The notes under the pieces are model-generated. The model saw only the letters and a list, made by a program, of their open reading frames with translations. It was not told where the DNA came from and did no database searches. The translations under genes were made by a program, and so were the position numbers. Below, piece after piece: positions 27,698 to 39,563 of a DNA stretch of 64,000 nt (its first letter is position 1; every line of letters starts with the position of its first letter). Origin of the DNA: Eukaryota sp. GEM-RC1 (taxonomy: Eukaryota); the NCBI GenBank assembly GCA_040285855.1, contig JAUFOQ010000003.1:1426001-1490000 (forward strand), given 5' to 3'.

Positions 27698-28970
27698 CTA
27701 CCAAGTCGACCATAAATTGAAATTGCAAAAGGACATAATTTGTACTCAACATGTCTAATATGTTTGAGAGTAGTCAATGGTTCATCATATTTGTTTCTCT
27801 TGTGCTGTTCTAGAATTCAGTGGAGAAACTGCATTTTTAGCATCCTTGAATGCACTTTTTTTGCAAACATCCACAGTAATCACATCAACAACGGTTAGTT
27901 CATCATTGACTGAAGGAACTATAACATCAGCTCTTCTTTTACCAAAAGTCTTATCAAAATCACTATTTTTTAAATTATTGATTTCCAGTGATCTCAACAG
28001 TGGCTCAACAAAAGATTCGATTTTGTAGGACTTACACATGGCATGAATTTGATCTCTGACAGCATCATGAATACAAGTTCTATAAGTAATGAAACGATTA
28101 CAACTCAAAAGGTGAGAAAAAGTAACAAATTTACCACATTTACATTGAAGATCATTGGGTAAATTAGAGGGCCACAAGAAACATCGAAGTCTGAAAGTAG
28201 TAGTCCATTGATGATCATTCAACAACAAACCATAAATCTGAGGAATTTGGTTAATCAAAGCAACTGATCCTTCAAATCAATTAAATAATTTGCGAACGCT
28301 GGATTTTTTTCTTTGGTCGAGCCAAGTCGAATTTTAAAATCCAGACACTCAAAATGTTTTAAAAGGTGTTTTTGGAGTTTCTTAAGAGCATATTTTAACG
28401 AGGTGACACATCGTTCTGGTATTTCACAAATATCTGCTGGAAAACACGTTTGCCAGAGGGCAGGTGAAATTAGCGACAATTCTGATCTCAAATTTACCAA
28501 GACAAAACTACTTGTCGGAAAAAAAAGAAGATTTTCTTGACTTGGGTAACGTTTACAGAACTCAAAGACAAAATTCTTTCCACCACCAATGAAAGCAGAT
28601 TTGGTCCAGCATTTAGACGAAGTGAAACCAATACCACCAAGATGAGGGTCTGGGAAGATGTGATTGTTCAAAGCAGCAGGATTTACTGATAAGTGAGAAG
28701 ATGTTTATGGATCAAAAACACTAAAATAAAACCAAATACTAGAACTCAATGTCATTAAAGCAACAATCATTGCCATTAAAACTCACATCAGCATTTTCTT
28801 CATAAAAAACACTGAGAGCTAATAGAGCTTTTGAAATCATGATAGGAATTGTTTTTAAATATTGTAAAAACAATACGATTCAACCAAAATTTGAAATCAA
28901 ATTTCTTGTTCATTCTTTTTTTGACCACTTTATCAAAATCAGAGAGAAAACAAAGAGCATTTCTACCAAG

Positions 28971-29035
28971 CAGAGTGAGCAAACACGCGGTGTTAAGGAT
29001 TTTGGTAGCGTGTCAACACGTGTTTGCTCACTCTG
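28971..29035. mobile_element. 65 bp hAT-type MITE (copy 4)
   Basis: Same TIRs and TSD at the homologous site. Confidence 0.93.
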
Positions 29036-30306
29036 CTACCAAGTCGACCATAAATTGAAATTGCAAAAGGACATAATTTGTACTCAACATGTCTAATATG
29101 TTTGAGAGTAGTCAATGGTTCATCATATTTGTTTCTCTTGTGCTGTTCTAGAATTCAGTGGAGAAACTGCATTTTTAGCATCCTTGAATGCACTTTTTTT
29201 GCAAACATCCACAGTAATCACATCAACAACGGTTAGTTCATCATTGACTGAAGGAACTATAACATCAGCTCTTCTTTTACCAAAAGTCTTATCAAAATCA
29301 CTATTTTTTAAATTATTGATTTCCAGTGATCTCAACAGTGGCTCAACAAAAGATTCGATTTTGTAGGACTTACACATGGCATGAATTTGATCTCTGACAG
29401 CATCATGAATACAAGTTCTATAAGTAATGAAACGATTACAACTCAAAAGGTGAGAAAAAGTAACAAATTTACCACATTTACATTGAAGATCATTGGGTAA
29501 ATTAGAGGGCCACAAGAAACATCGAAGTCTGAAAGTAGTAGTCCATTGATGATCATTCAACAACAAACCATAAATCTGAGGAATTTGGTTAATCAAAGCA
29601 ACTGATCCTTCAAATCAATTAAATAATTTGCGAACGCTGGATTTTTTTCTTTGGTCGAGCCAAGTCGAATTTTAAAATCCAGACACTCAAAATGTTTTAA
29701 AAGGTGTTTTTGGAGTTTCTTAAGAGCATATTTTAACGAGGTGACACATCGTTCTGGTATTTCACAAATATCTGCTGGAAAACACGTTTGCCAGAGGGCA
29801 GGTGAAATTAGCGACAATTCTGATCTCAAATTTACCAAGACAAAACTACTTGTCGGAAAAAAAAGAAGATTTTCTTGACTTGGGTAACGTTTACAGAACT
29901 CAAAGACAAAATTCTTTCCACCACCAATGAAAGCAGATTTGGTCCAGCATTTAGACGAAGTGAAACCAATACCACCAAGATGAGGGTCTGGGAAGATGTG
30001 ATTGTTCAAAGCAGCAGGATTTACTGATAAGTGAGAAGATGTTTATGGATCAAAAACACTAAAATAAAACCAAATACTAGAACTCAATGTCATTAAAGCA
30101 ACAATCATTGCCATTAAAACTCACATCAGCATTTTCTTCATAAAAAACACTGAGAGCTAATAGAGCTTTTGAAATCATGATAGGAATTGTTTTAAATATT
30201 GTTAAAACAATACGATTCAACCAAAATTTGAAATCAAATTTCTTGTTCATTCTTTTTTGACCACATTATCAAAATCAGAGAGAAAACAAAGAGCATTTCT
30301 ACCAAG

Positions 30307-30371
30307 CAGAGTGAGCAAACACGCGGTGTTAAGGATTTTGGTAGCGTGTCAACACGTGTTTGCTCACTCTG
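30307..30371. mobile_element. 65 bp hAT-type MITE (copy 5)
   Basis: Same TIRs and TSD at the homologous site. Confidence 0.93.
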
Positions 30372-31645
30372 CTACCAAGTCGACCATAAATTGAAATTGC
30401 AAAAGGACATAATTTGTACTCAACATGTCTAATATGTTTGAGAGTAGTCAATGGTTCATCATATTTGTTTCTCTTGTGCTGTTCTAGAATTCAGTGGAGA
30501 AACTGCATTTTTAGCATCCTTGAATGCACTTTTTTTGCAAACATCCACAGTAATCACATCAACAACGGTTAGTTCATCATTGACTGAAGGAACTATAACA
30601 TCAGCTCTTCTTTTACCAAAAGTCTTATCAAAATCACTATTTTTTAAATTATTGATTTCCAGTGATCTCAACAGTGGCTCAACAAAAGATTCGATTTTGT
30701 AGAACTAACACATGTCATGAATTTGATCTCTGACAGCATCATGAATACAAGTTCTATAAGTAATGAAACGATTACAACTCAAAAGGTGAGAAAAAGTAAC
30801 AAATTTACCACATTTACATTGAAGATCATTGGGTAAATTGGAGGGCCACAAGAAACATCGAAGTCTGAATGTTATAGTACATTGATGATCATTCAACAAC
30901 AAACCATAAATCTGAGGAATTTGGTTAATCAAAGCAATTGAAGAACTGTCCTTCAAATCAATTAAAATTTGCGAATGCTGGATTTTTTTCTTTGGCCGAG
31001 CCAAGTCGAATTTTAAAATCCAGACATTCAAAATGTTTTAAAAGGTGTTTTTGGAGTTTCTTAAGAGTAAAATTTTAACGAGGTGACACATCGTTCTTGT
31101 ATTTCACAAATATCTGCTGGAAAACAAATTTGCCAGAGGTCAGGTGAAATTAGCGACAATTCTGATCTCAAATTTACCAAGACAAAACTACTTGTCGGAA
31201 AAAAAAGATTTTCTTGACTTGGGTAACGTTTACAGAACTCAAAGACAAAACTCTTACCACCACCAATGAAAGCAGATTTGGTCCAGCATTTAGACGAAGT
31301 GAAACCAATACCACCAAGATGAGGGTCTGGGAAGATGTGATTGTTCAAAGCAGCAGGATTTACTGATAAGTGAGAAGATGTTTATGGATCAAAAACACTA
31401 AAATAAAACCAAATACTAGAACTCAATGTCATTAAAGCAACAATCATTGCCATTAAAACTCACATCAGCTTTTTCTTCATAAAAAACACTGAGAGCTAAT
31501 AGAGCTTTTGAAATCATGATAGGAATTGTTTTAAATATTGTAAAAACAATACGATTCAACCAAAATTTGAAATCAAATTTCTTGTTCATTCTTTTTTGAC
31601 CACTTTATCAAAATCAGAGAGAAAACAAAGAGCATTTCTACCAAG

Positions 31646-31710
31646 CAGAGTGAGCAAACACGCGGTGTTAAGGATTTTGGTAACGTGTCAACACGTGTTT
31701 GCTCACTCTG
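31646..31710. mobile_element. 65 bp hAT-type MITE (copy 6, one internal G>A variant)
   Basis: Same TIRs and TSD; internal GGTAACGTG instead of GGTAGCGTG. It terminates the 458 aa ORF. Confidence 0.93.
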
Positions 31711-33044
31711 CTACCAAGTCGACCATAAATTGAAATTGCAAAAGGACATAATTTGTACTCAACATGTCTAATATGTTTGAGAGCAGTCAGTGGTTCATCA
31801 TATTTGTTTCTCTTGTATTGTTCTGAAGAATTCAGTGGAGAAACTTCATTTTTAGCATCCTTGAAAGCACTTTTTTTGCAAACATCCACAGTAATCACAT
31901 CAACAACGGTTAGTTCATCGTTGACTGATGGAACTATGACATCAGCTCTTCTTTTACCAAAAGTCTTATCAGAATCACTATTTTTTGAATTATTGATTTC
32001 CAGTGACCTCAACAGTGGCTCAACGAAAGATTCGATTTTGTAGGACTGACACATGGCATGAATTTGATCTCTGACAGCATCATGAATACAAGTTCTATAA
32101 GTAATGAAACGATTACAACTCAAAAGGTGAGAAAAAGAAACAAATTTACCACATTTACATTGAAGATCATTGGGTAAATTGGAGGGCCACAAGAAACATC
32201 GAAGTCTGAATGTTGTAGTCCATTGATGATCATTCAACAACAAACCATAAATCTGAGGAATTTGGTTAATCAAAGCAATTGAAGAACTGTCCTTCAAATC
32301 AATTAAAAAATTTGCGAATGCTGGATTTTTTTCTTTGGCCGAGCCAAGTCGAATTTTAAAATCCAGACATTCAAAATGTTTTAAAAGATGTTTTTGAATT
32401 TTCTTAAGAGCGAATTTTAAAGAGGTGACACATCGTTCTGGGATTTCACAAATATCTGCTGGAAAACAAGTTTGCCAGAGGTCAGGTGAAATTAGCGACA
32501 ATTCTGATCTCAAATTTACCAAGAAAAAACTACTTGTCGAAAGAAGAAGATTTTCTTGACTTGGGTAACGTGTACAGAACTCAAAGACAAAATTCTTACC
32601 ACCACCAATGAAAGCAGATTTGGTCCACCATTTAGACGAAGTGAAACCAATACCACCAAGATGAGGGTCTGGGAAGATGTGGTTGTTCAATGCAGCAGGG
32701 TCCACTGATAACAAAAATGCAAGAAACTCAGTACGAATTTTGTTAAAGCTTCTACAGAAGTTATAGGTAAGTACAGGGGGTAGAGAGCGAAGTAGATGAG
32801 TAACTTTTCCTGAATAACAAATTTTTAGCATGAAGAATTTGAGATGTTTTTCCAATTGCAATTCCTTAATTTGATCTAATTCTTTTCGCATTGAATCCAA
32901 ATATACATTCAGATCTTTAACAATGTTGTCGTGTGAACCAAGATAGCAACCTAGAAATCTAAAGCTTGAAGATAAGTAGTTCACAAAGGGAACCTCTAAA
33001 GAATTAACAATTAAAGTTACAGGTACCTTGGCAATCAAAAACAT
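31668..33044 (-). pseudogene. Family A ORF fragment: end of RT, thumb, linker, zinc knuckle and RLE, disrupted by the MITE
   Basis: 458 aa open frame with FRFLGCYLG, CYSGKVTHLLR, GGIGF, the zinc knuckle and RRADV. After YGRLG the translation runs into MITE sequence. Confidence 0.9.
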
Positions 33045-33549
33045 TTTTGCACATTTAATTGAAGTCCAATTGCATCATACAAATCAGCAGCCTGATTCGC
33101 AAAAATACGAAGAGTTGACATAGGAGCAATAAAAAAAATGACATCAATATAGCCAACTATCTTAAGGTCTGGGTATTTTTTCAAATACACAAAAGCGAAT
33201 CATGGATAGCGAAACAAAAGAAAAGAGGCCATCAGGATCTCCTTGTTTAACTCCAGACATAGATTTCAATGAATATGAATCATAAACTAAATCGCTTGGT
33301 TTTCCATAAAAAAAAATAGAAGTAGGATCACAACTCAGGAAAGTCTTTTACAATAGCAGCAAAAAAAAGACTTACGACTAACTGAATTAAACGTATTTTT
33401 GGCCAAACGAAGACGCATATTGATCATCCAAGCTTCATCAGATAGATGTAATCCAAACACCTTAAGAATTTGATAAATAAATCCAAAAGGTCCCACTATT
33501 ACAAAGGTCAAAAGCAGCGAACTCGGGACTATTAGTTTTAGCCAAGCTA

Positions 33550-34141
33550 ATGCGATCGTTGAACCACTTTTAAGATCTTTAGAACCAAGTAACAAATGTA
33601 ATATTGAAGAACAGAACCAATTTTTTGGTAAACGGAGAGCAGATGTTGTTGTCCTTCTTCTTCAGACAAATTGTTTGTTGTTGATGTAGTGTCAGTGGAT
33701 GTTTGTAAAAAGACATCTTTAAAGAATGCTTACTCTGAAACTTCCCCTTTAGACATTTCTGAACAAGCCAAGCAGGATAAGTCCAAGAAACCATTAATAG
33801 TTTTAAAACACGTAAAACATGTTGAATACGAATTATGCCCTTTTGTGTTTCAATTTAAGGACGTTTAGGAAACAACATTGAATTTTTTAAACGATTGCGG
33901 AAAAATCGTTAAAAATAGGATGAACAAACGTTTTGATCATATGTTATGGTTGAATCGGATCGTTTTTACTGTTTTTAAAACAATTCCCTTAATCATCTCC
34001 AAAGCTGTATTAGCAGTGAGCTCCTTTTATGAGGACAAAGCTGTTGTAAGGTTTGATAGCGACCGGTGTTGTTTTAATGATATCAAATTTTAGTTGTTTG
34101 ATCTATTACATTTATAATAAAATAAAAGAGTGTAAAAAAAA
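33550..34141 (+). mobile_element. 3' fragment of a second RLE subfamily (B) with 3' UTR and A tail; repeated near 37600-38193 and inverted in the right arm
   Basis: VEPLLRSLE, GKRRADVV, VVDVVSVDVC, EQAKQDK and FNDIKF*, followed by AATAAA and an A run. Confidence 0.85.
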
Positions 34142-34850
34142 CTAATACGAATATTAAAGTCCAAGAGTTCAAACTCATTTGTCAATATATTTTGCAGTTT
34201 ACATACACCAGACGGTAGAGATGAAATATTTGTTAAATGAGTCTCCTTTAAGTGAGTAGGGAACAAAGTTTCCCACATTTCAGGAGACAAAGATGATACC
34301 AAATATTTAGCAGATTGAATACATCGACAATTACTGGAATTCAACAGGTTGATTCCATCCGAGGAAAACTGTTGCAAAAATTCAAACATAAAATTCTGAA
34401 CACCTCCTAAAAGAGCAGATTTTCTGATGATTTTGGCATGGGTGAAACCTATCCCTACGAATTCAGATGAATAAAAAGCATGAACTGGATTCTTAGTCTC
34501 ATCACTTTCAGCCAAGTTAGAGACAAAATTTGTTCTAATAGAATTATATTTCTTGGCAAATGTTCCAGTAATGGAATCTAATGAACGTAAAAAGTGATTA
34601 ATTTTCCCGGCGAAACAGACCTGGAGCATAGCAAAAGAAACATGTGTACTCAGATCTAAAGATAATATTTGATTTAGTTTTTCTTCAATGGTAGTCAATG
34701 AACTCTCCAATTCTGAATGACTTTACCCATAATTTCCCAAAAATGTGCCAAGAAAACGAAAACATTGAGTAGAATAATCGTTGATAGGAATATTACAAAA
34801 ACCAAGATTAGAAACATTCGAAGACTTAACAACAAGAAAACTTATCAAAA
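34142..34850 (-). pseudogene. Thumb/linker fragment of a third, divergent RLE subfamily (C); copies at 38142-38762 (-), 53194-53814 (+) and 57243-57863 (+)
   Basis: FRFLGTFLG lies upstream of the ORF. CFAGKINHFLRSL and GIGFTHAKIIRKSALLGGVQNFMFEF align by eye to family A CYSGKVTHLLRSL and GIGFTSSKWWTKSAFIGGGKNFVFEF. The ORF start and tail are junction artefacts. Confidence 0.82.
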
Positions 34851-37800
34851 TTAATTGTTAAACTAATACTGAAAGAAAAAAATCCCGCTTTTGTAAGTGT
34901 CTTAGAGAATTATTATGCATGCCCCCTCCAAATTTTAGGCATGTCCCTTAATTTCTATTCTCACCTTAACTCTCATTGTTCTCTTACAAAGACGCTCATA
35001 TGAAATAAAATTGTCGTTTAGGTACCGTACTGCTCTCGATGTCAAAGGAGTGACCACGAGAGAAACGAAGCAGAGAAATAGTCACAAACCACCTTCTTCA
35101 CCAGTACTTGGCCTTGTCGAAGAAGATCACTTGTTCTAGAAGAATATTCACTTCTGTCACATACAAAAAAGTTACAAAAAGTTTCAGAACTTTCTTTCAT
35201 TATTGCTGATGTTATGTCTATAATACGATGTTTGTAATGGTTCCAACAAGAAACTTGCTAAATCTAATGCTAAAAACCCTCTATTGATTGGTGAAAAATT
35301 TAAAAAAAGAAAAAATATTGTGCTAAATTGAAATTATTGAATTCGGCTTCACACTCGAATTACTTGTTGTACCCTTTTGTATTTTCACTATTCTTTAGGT
35401 GAATCTGCAACATCATTACTTGAAATCTTTGTGAAAATTGTAAAAGAAAAAACATCTAGGACTTTTGATCCTAGATTTTGGAAAAGTCGATTTTTTTCCA
35501 ATTGCATATTTATGGAACAAAAACACTAAAATAAAACCAAATACTAGAACTCAATGTCATTAAAGCAACAATCATTGCCATTAAAACTCACATCAGCATT
35601 TTCTTCATAAAAAACACTGAGAGCTAATAGAGCTTTTGAAATCATGATAGAAATTGTTTTAAATATTGTAAAAACAATACGATTCAACCAAAATTTGAAA
35701 TCAAATTTCTTGTTCATTCTTTTTTGACCACTTTCTCAAAATCAGAGAGAAAACAAAGAGCATCTCTACCAAGTCGACCATAAATTGAAATTGCAAAAGG
35801 ACATAATTTGTACTCAACATGTCTAATATGTTTGAGAGCAGTCAATGGTTCATCATATTTGTTTCTCTTGTGCTGTTCTAGAATTCAGTGGAGAAACTTC
35901 ATTTTTAGCATCCTTGAATGCACTCTTTTGCAAACATCCACAGTAATCACATCAACAACGGTTAGTTCATCATTGATTGATGGAACTGAGACATCAGCTC
36001 TTCTTGTTACCAAAAGTCCTATCAGAATTACTATTTTTTAAATTATTGATTTCCAGTGATCTCAACAGTGGCTCAACAAAAGATTCGATTTTGTAGGAAT
36101 TACACATGGCATGAATTTGATCTCTGACAGCATCATGAATACAAGTTCTATAAGTAATGAAACGATTACAACTCAAAAGGTGAGAAAAAGTAACTAATTT
36201 ACTACATTTACATTGAAGATCATTGGGTAAATTAGAGGGCCACAAGAAACATCGAAGTCTGAAAGTAGTAGTCCATTGATGATCATTCAACAACAAACCA
36301 TAAATCTGAGGAATTTGGTTAATCAAAGCAACTGATCCTTCAAATCAATTAAATAATTTGCGAACGCTGGATTTTTTTTCTTTGGTCGAGCCAAGTCGAA
36401 TTTTAAAATCCAGACATTCAAAATGTTTTAAAAGGTGTTTTTGGAGTTTCTTAAGAGCATATTTTAACGAGGTGACACATCGTTCTGGTATTTCACAAAT
36501 ATCTGCTGGAAAACACGTTTGCCAGAGGGCAGGTGAAATTAGCGACAATTCTGGTCTCAAATTTACCAAGATAAAACTACTTGTCGAAAGAAGAAGATTT
36601 TCTAGACTTGGGTAACGTCTACAGAACTCAAAGACAAAATTCTTACCACCACCAATGAAAGCAGATTTGGTCCACCATTTAGACGAAGTGAAACCAATAC
36701 CACCAAGAGGAGGATCCGAGAAGATGTGATTGTTCAAAGCAGGAGGATCCACTGATAACAAAAATGCAAGAAAGTCAGTACGAATTTCGTTAAAGCTTCT
36801 ACAGAAGTTATAGGTAAGTACAGGGGGTAGAGAGCGAAGCAGATGAGTAACTTTTCCTGAATAACAAATTTTTAGCATGAAGAATTTGACATGTTTTTCC
36901 AATTGCAATTCCTTAATTTGATCTAATTCTTTTCGCATTGAATCCAAATATACATTCAGATCTTTAACAATGTTGTCATGTGAACCAAGATAGCAACCTA
37001 GAAATCTAAAGCTTGAAGATAAATAGTTCACAAAGGGAACCTCTAAAGAATTAACAATTAAAGTTACAGGTACCTTGGCAATCAAAAACATTTTTGCACA
37101 TTTAATTGAAGTCCAATTGCATCGTACAAATCAGCAGCCTGATTCGCAATAATACGAAGAGTTGACATAGGAGCAATAAAAAAAATGACATCAATATAGC
37201 CAACTATCTTAAGGTCTGGGTATTTTTTCAAATACACAAAAGCGAATCATGGATAGCGAAACAAAAGAAAAGAGGCCATCAGGATCTCCTTGTTTAACTC
37301 CAGACATAGATTTCAATGAATATGAATCATAAACTAAATCGCTTGGTTTTCCATAAAAAAAATAGAAGTAGGATCACAACTCAGGAAAGTCTTTTACAAT
37401 AGCAGCAAAAAAAGACTTACGACTAACTGAATTAAACGTATTTTTGGCCAAACGAAGACGCATATTGATCATCCAAGCTTCATCAGATAGATGTAATCCA
37501 AACACCTTAAGAATTTGATAAATAAATCCAAAAGGTCCCACTATTACAAAGGTCAATTAAAAAAAGCAGCGAACTCGGGACTATTAGTTTTAGCCAAGCT
37601 AATGCGATCGTTGAACCACTTTTAAGATCTTTAGAACCAAGTAACAAATGTAATATTGAAGAACAGAACCAATTTTTTGGTAAACGGAGAGCAGATGTTG
37701 TTGTCCTTCTTCTTCAGACAAATTGTTTGTTGTTGATGTAGTGTCAGTGGATGTTTGTAAAAGACATCTTTAAAGAATGCTTACTCTGAAACTTCCCCTT

Positions 37801-39563
37801 TAGACATTTCTGAACAAGCCAAGCAGGATAAGTACAAGAAACCATTAATAGTTTTAAAACACGTAAAACATGTTGAATACGAATTATGCCCTTTTTGTGT
37901 TTCAATTTAAGGACGTTTAGGAAACAGCATTGAATTTTTTAAACGATTGCGGAAAAATCGTTAAAAATAGGATGAACAAACGTTTTGATCATATGTTATG
38001 GTTGAATCGGATCGTTTTTACTGTTTTTAAAACAATTCCCTTAATCATCTCCAAAGCTGTATTAGCAGTGAGCTCCTTTTATGAGGACAAAGCTGTTGTA
38101 AGGTTTGATAGCGACCGGTGTTGTTTTAATGATATCAAATTTTAGTTGTTTGATCTATTACATTTATAATAAAATAAAAGAGTGTAAAAAAAACTAATAC
38201 GAATATTAAAGTCCAAGAGTTCAAACTCATTTGTCAATATATTTTGCAGTTTACATACACCAGACGGTAGAGATGAAATATTTGTTAAATGAGTCTCCTT
38301 TAAGTGAGTAGGAAACAAAGTTTCCCACATTTCAGGAGACAAAGATGATACCAAATATTTAGCAGATTGAATACATCGACAATTACTGGAATTCAACAGG
38401 TTGATTCCATCCGAGGAAAACTGTTGCAAAAATTCAAACATAAAATTCTGAACACCTCCTAAAAGAGCAGATTTTCTGATGATTTTGGCATGGGTGAAAC
38501 CTATCCCTACGAATTCAGATGAATAAAAAGCATGAACTGGATTCTTAGTCTCATCAATTTCAGCCAAGTTAGAGACAAAATTTGTTCTAATAGAATTATA
38601 TTTCTTGGCAAATGTTTCAGTAATGGAATCTAATGAACGTAAAAAGTGATTAATTTTCCCGGCGAAACAGACCTGGAGCATAGCAAAAGAAACATGTGTA
38701 CTCAGATCTAAAGATAATATTTGATTTAGTTTTTCTTCAATGGTAGTCAATGAACTCTCCAATTCTGAATGACTTTACCCATAATTTCCCAAAAAGGTGC
38801 CAAGAAAACGAAAACATTGAGTAGAATAATCGTTGATAGGAATATTACAAAAACCAAGATTAGAAACATTCGAAGACTTAACAACAAGAAAACTTATCAA
38901 AATTAATTGTTAAACAAATACTGAAAGAAAAAAATCCCGCTTTTGTAAGTGTCTTAGAGAATTATTATGCATGCCCCCTCCAAATTTTAGGCATGTCCCT
39001 TAATTTCTATTCTCACCTTAACTCTCATTGTTCTCTTACAAAGACGCTCATATGAAATAAAATTGTCGTTTAGGTACCGTACTGCTCTCGATGTCAAAGG
39101 AGTGACCACGAGAGAAACGAAGCAGAGAAATAGTCACAAACCACCTTCTTCACCAGTACTTGGCCTTGTCGAAGAAGATCACTTGTTCTAGAAGAATATT
39201 CACTTCTGTCACATACAAAAAAGTTACAAAAAGTTTCAGAACTTTCTTTCATTATTGCTGATGTTATGTCTATCGATGTTTGTAATGGTTCCAACAAGAA
39301 ACTTGCTAAATCTAATGCTAAAAACCCTCTATTGATTGGTGAAAAATTTAAAAAAAGAAAAATAGTGTGCTAAATTGAATTTATTGAATTCGGCTTCACA
39401 CTCGAATTACTTGTTGTACCCTTTTGTATTTTCACTATTCTTTAGGTGAATCTGCAACATCATTACTTGAAATCTTTGTGAAAATTGTAAAGAAAAAACA
39501 TCTAGGACTTTTGATCCTAGATTTTGGAAAAGTCGATTTTTTTCCAATTGCATATTTATGGAA

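Larger units (their letters stand above)
24703..31389 (-). repeat. ~1337 bp MITE-bearing units (five complete; a sixth MITE-bearing copy follows)
   Basis: The linker occurs at 24683, 26019, 27357, 28693, 30031 and 31370, with spacing 1336-1339 bp. Each unit carries the 65 bp MITE plus its TSD. Confidence 0.94.
1..33130 (-). repeat. Tandem array of 29 head-to-tail 3' fragments of an RLE (CRE-like) non-LTR retrotransposon, here called family A
   Basis: The same peptide recurs on the minus strand: thumb GGIGF, zinc knuckle CKCGKLVTFSHLLSC, IHDAVRD, VEP, RRADV, VVDV and E-x2-K-x2-KY of a PD-(D/E)xK endonuclease, and the terminal FNDIEF*. I counted 28 junctions of three types. The array runs off the left edge of the window. 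Confidence 0.95.

Noticed and set aside
1..31389. CRISPR-like or diversity-generating array with the 20 bp linker as repeat
   Set aside because: The intervening sequences are near-identical kilobase units, not unique spacers. No cas genes are present and variation is not adenine-specific.
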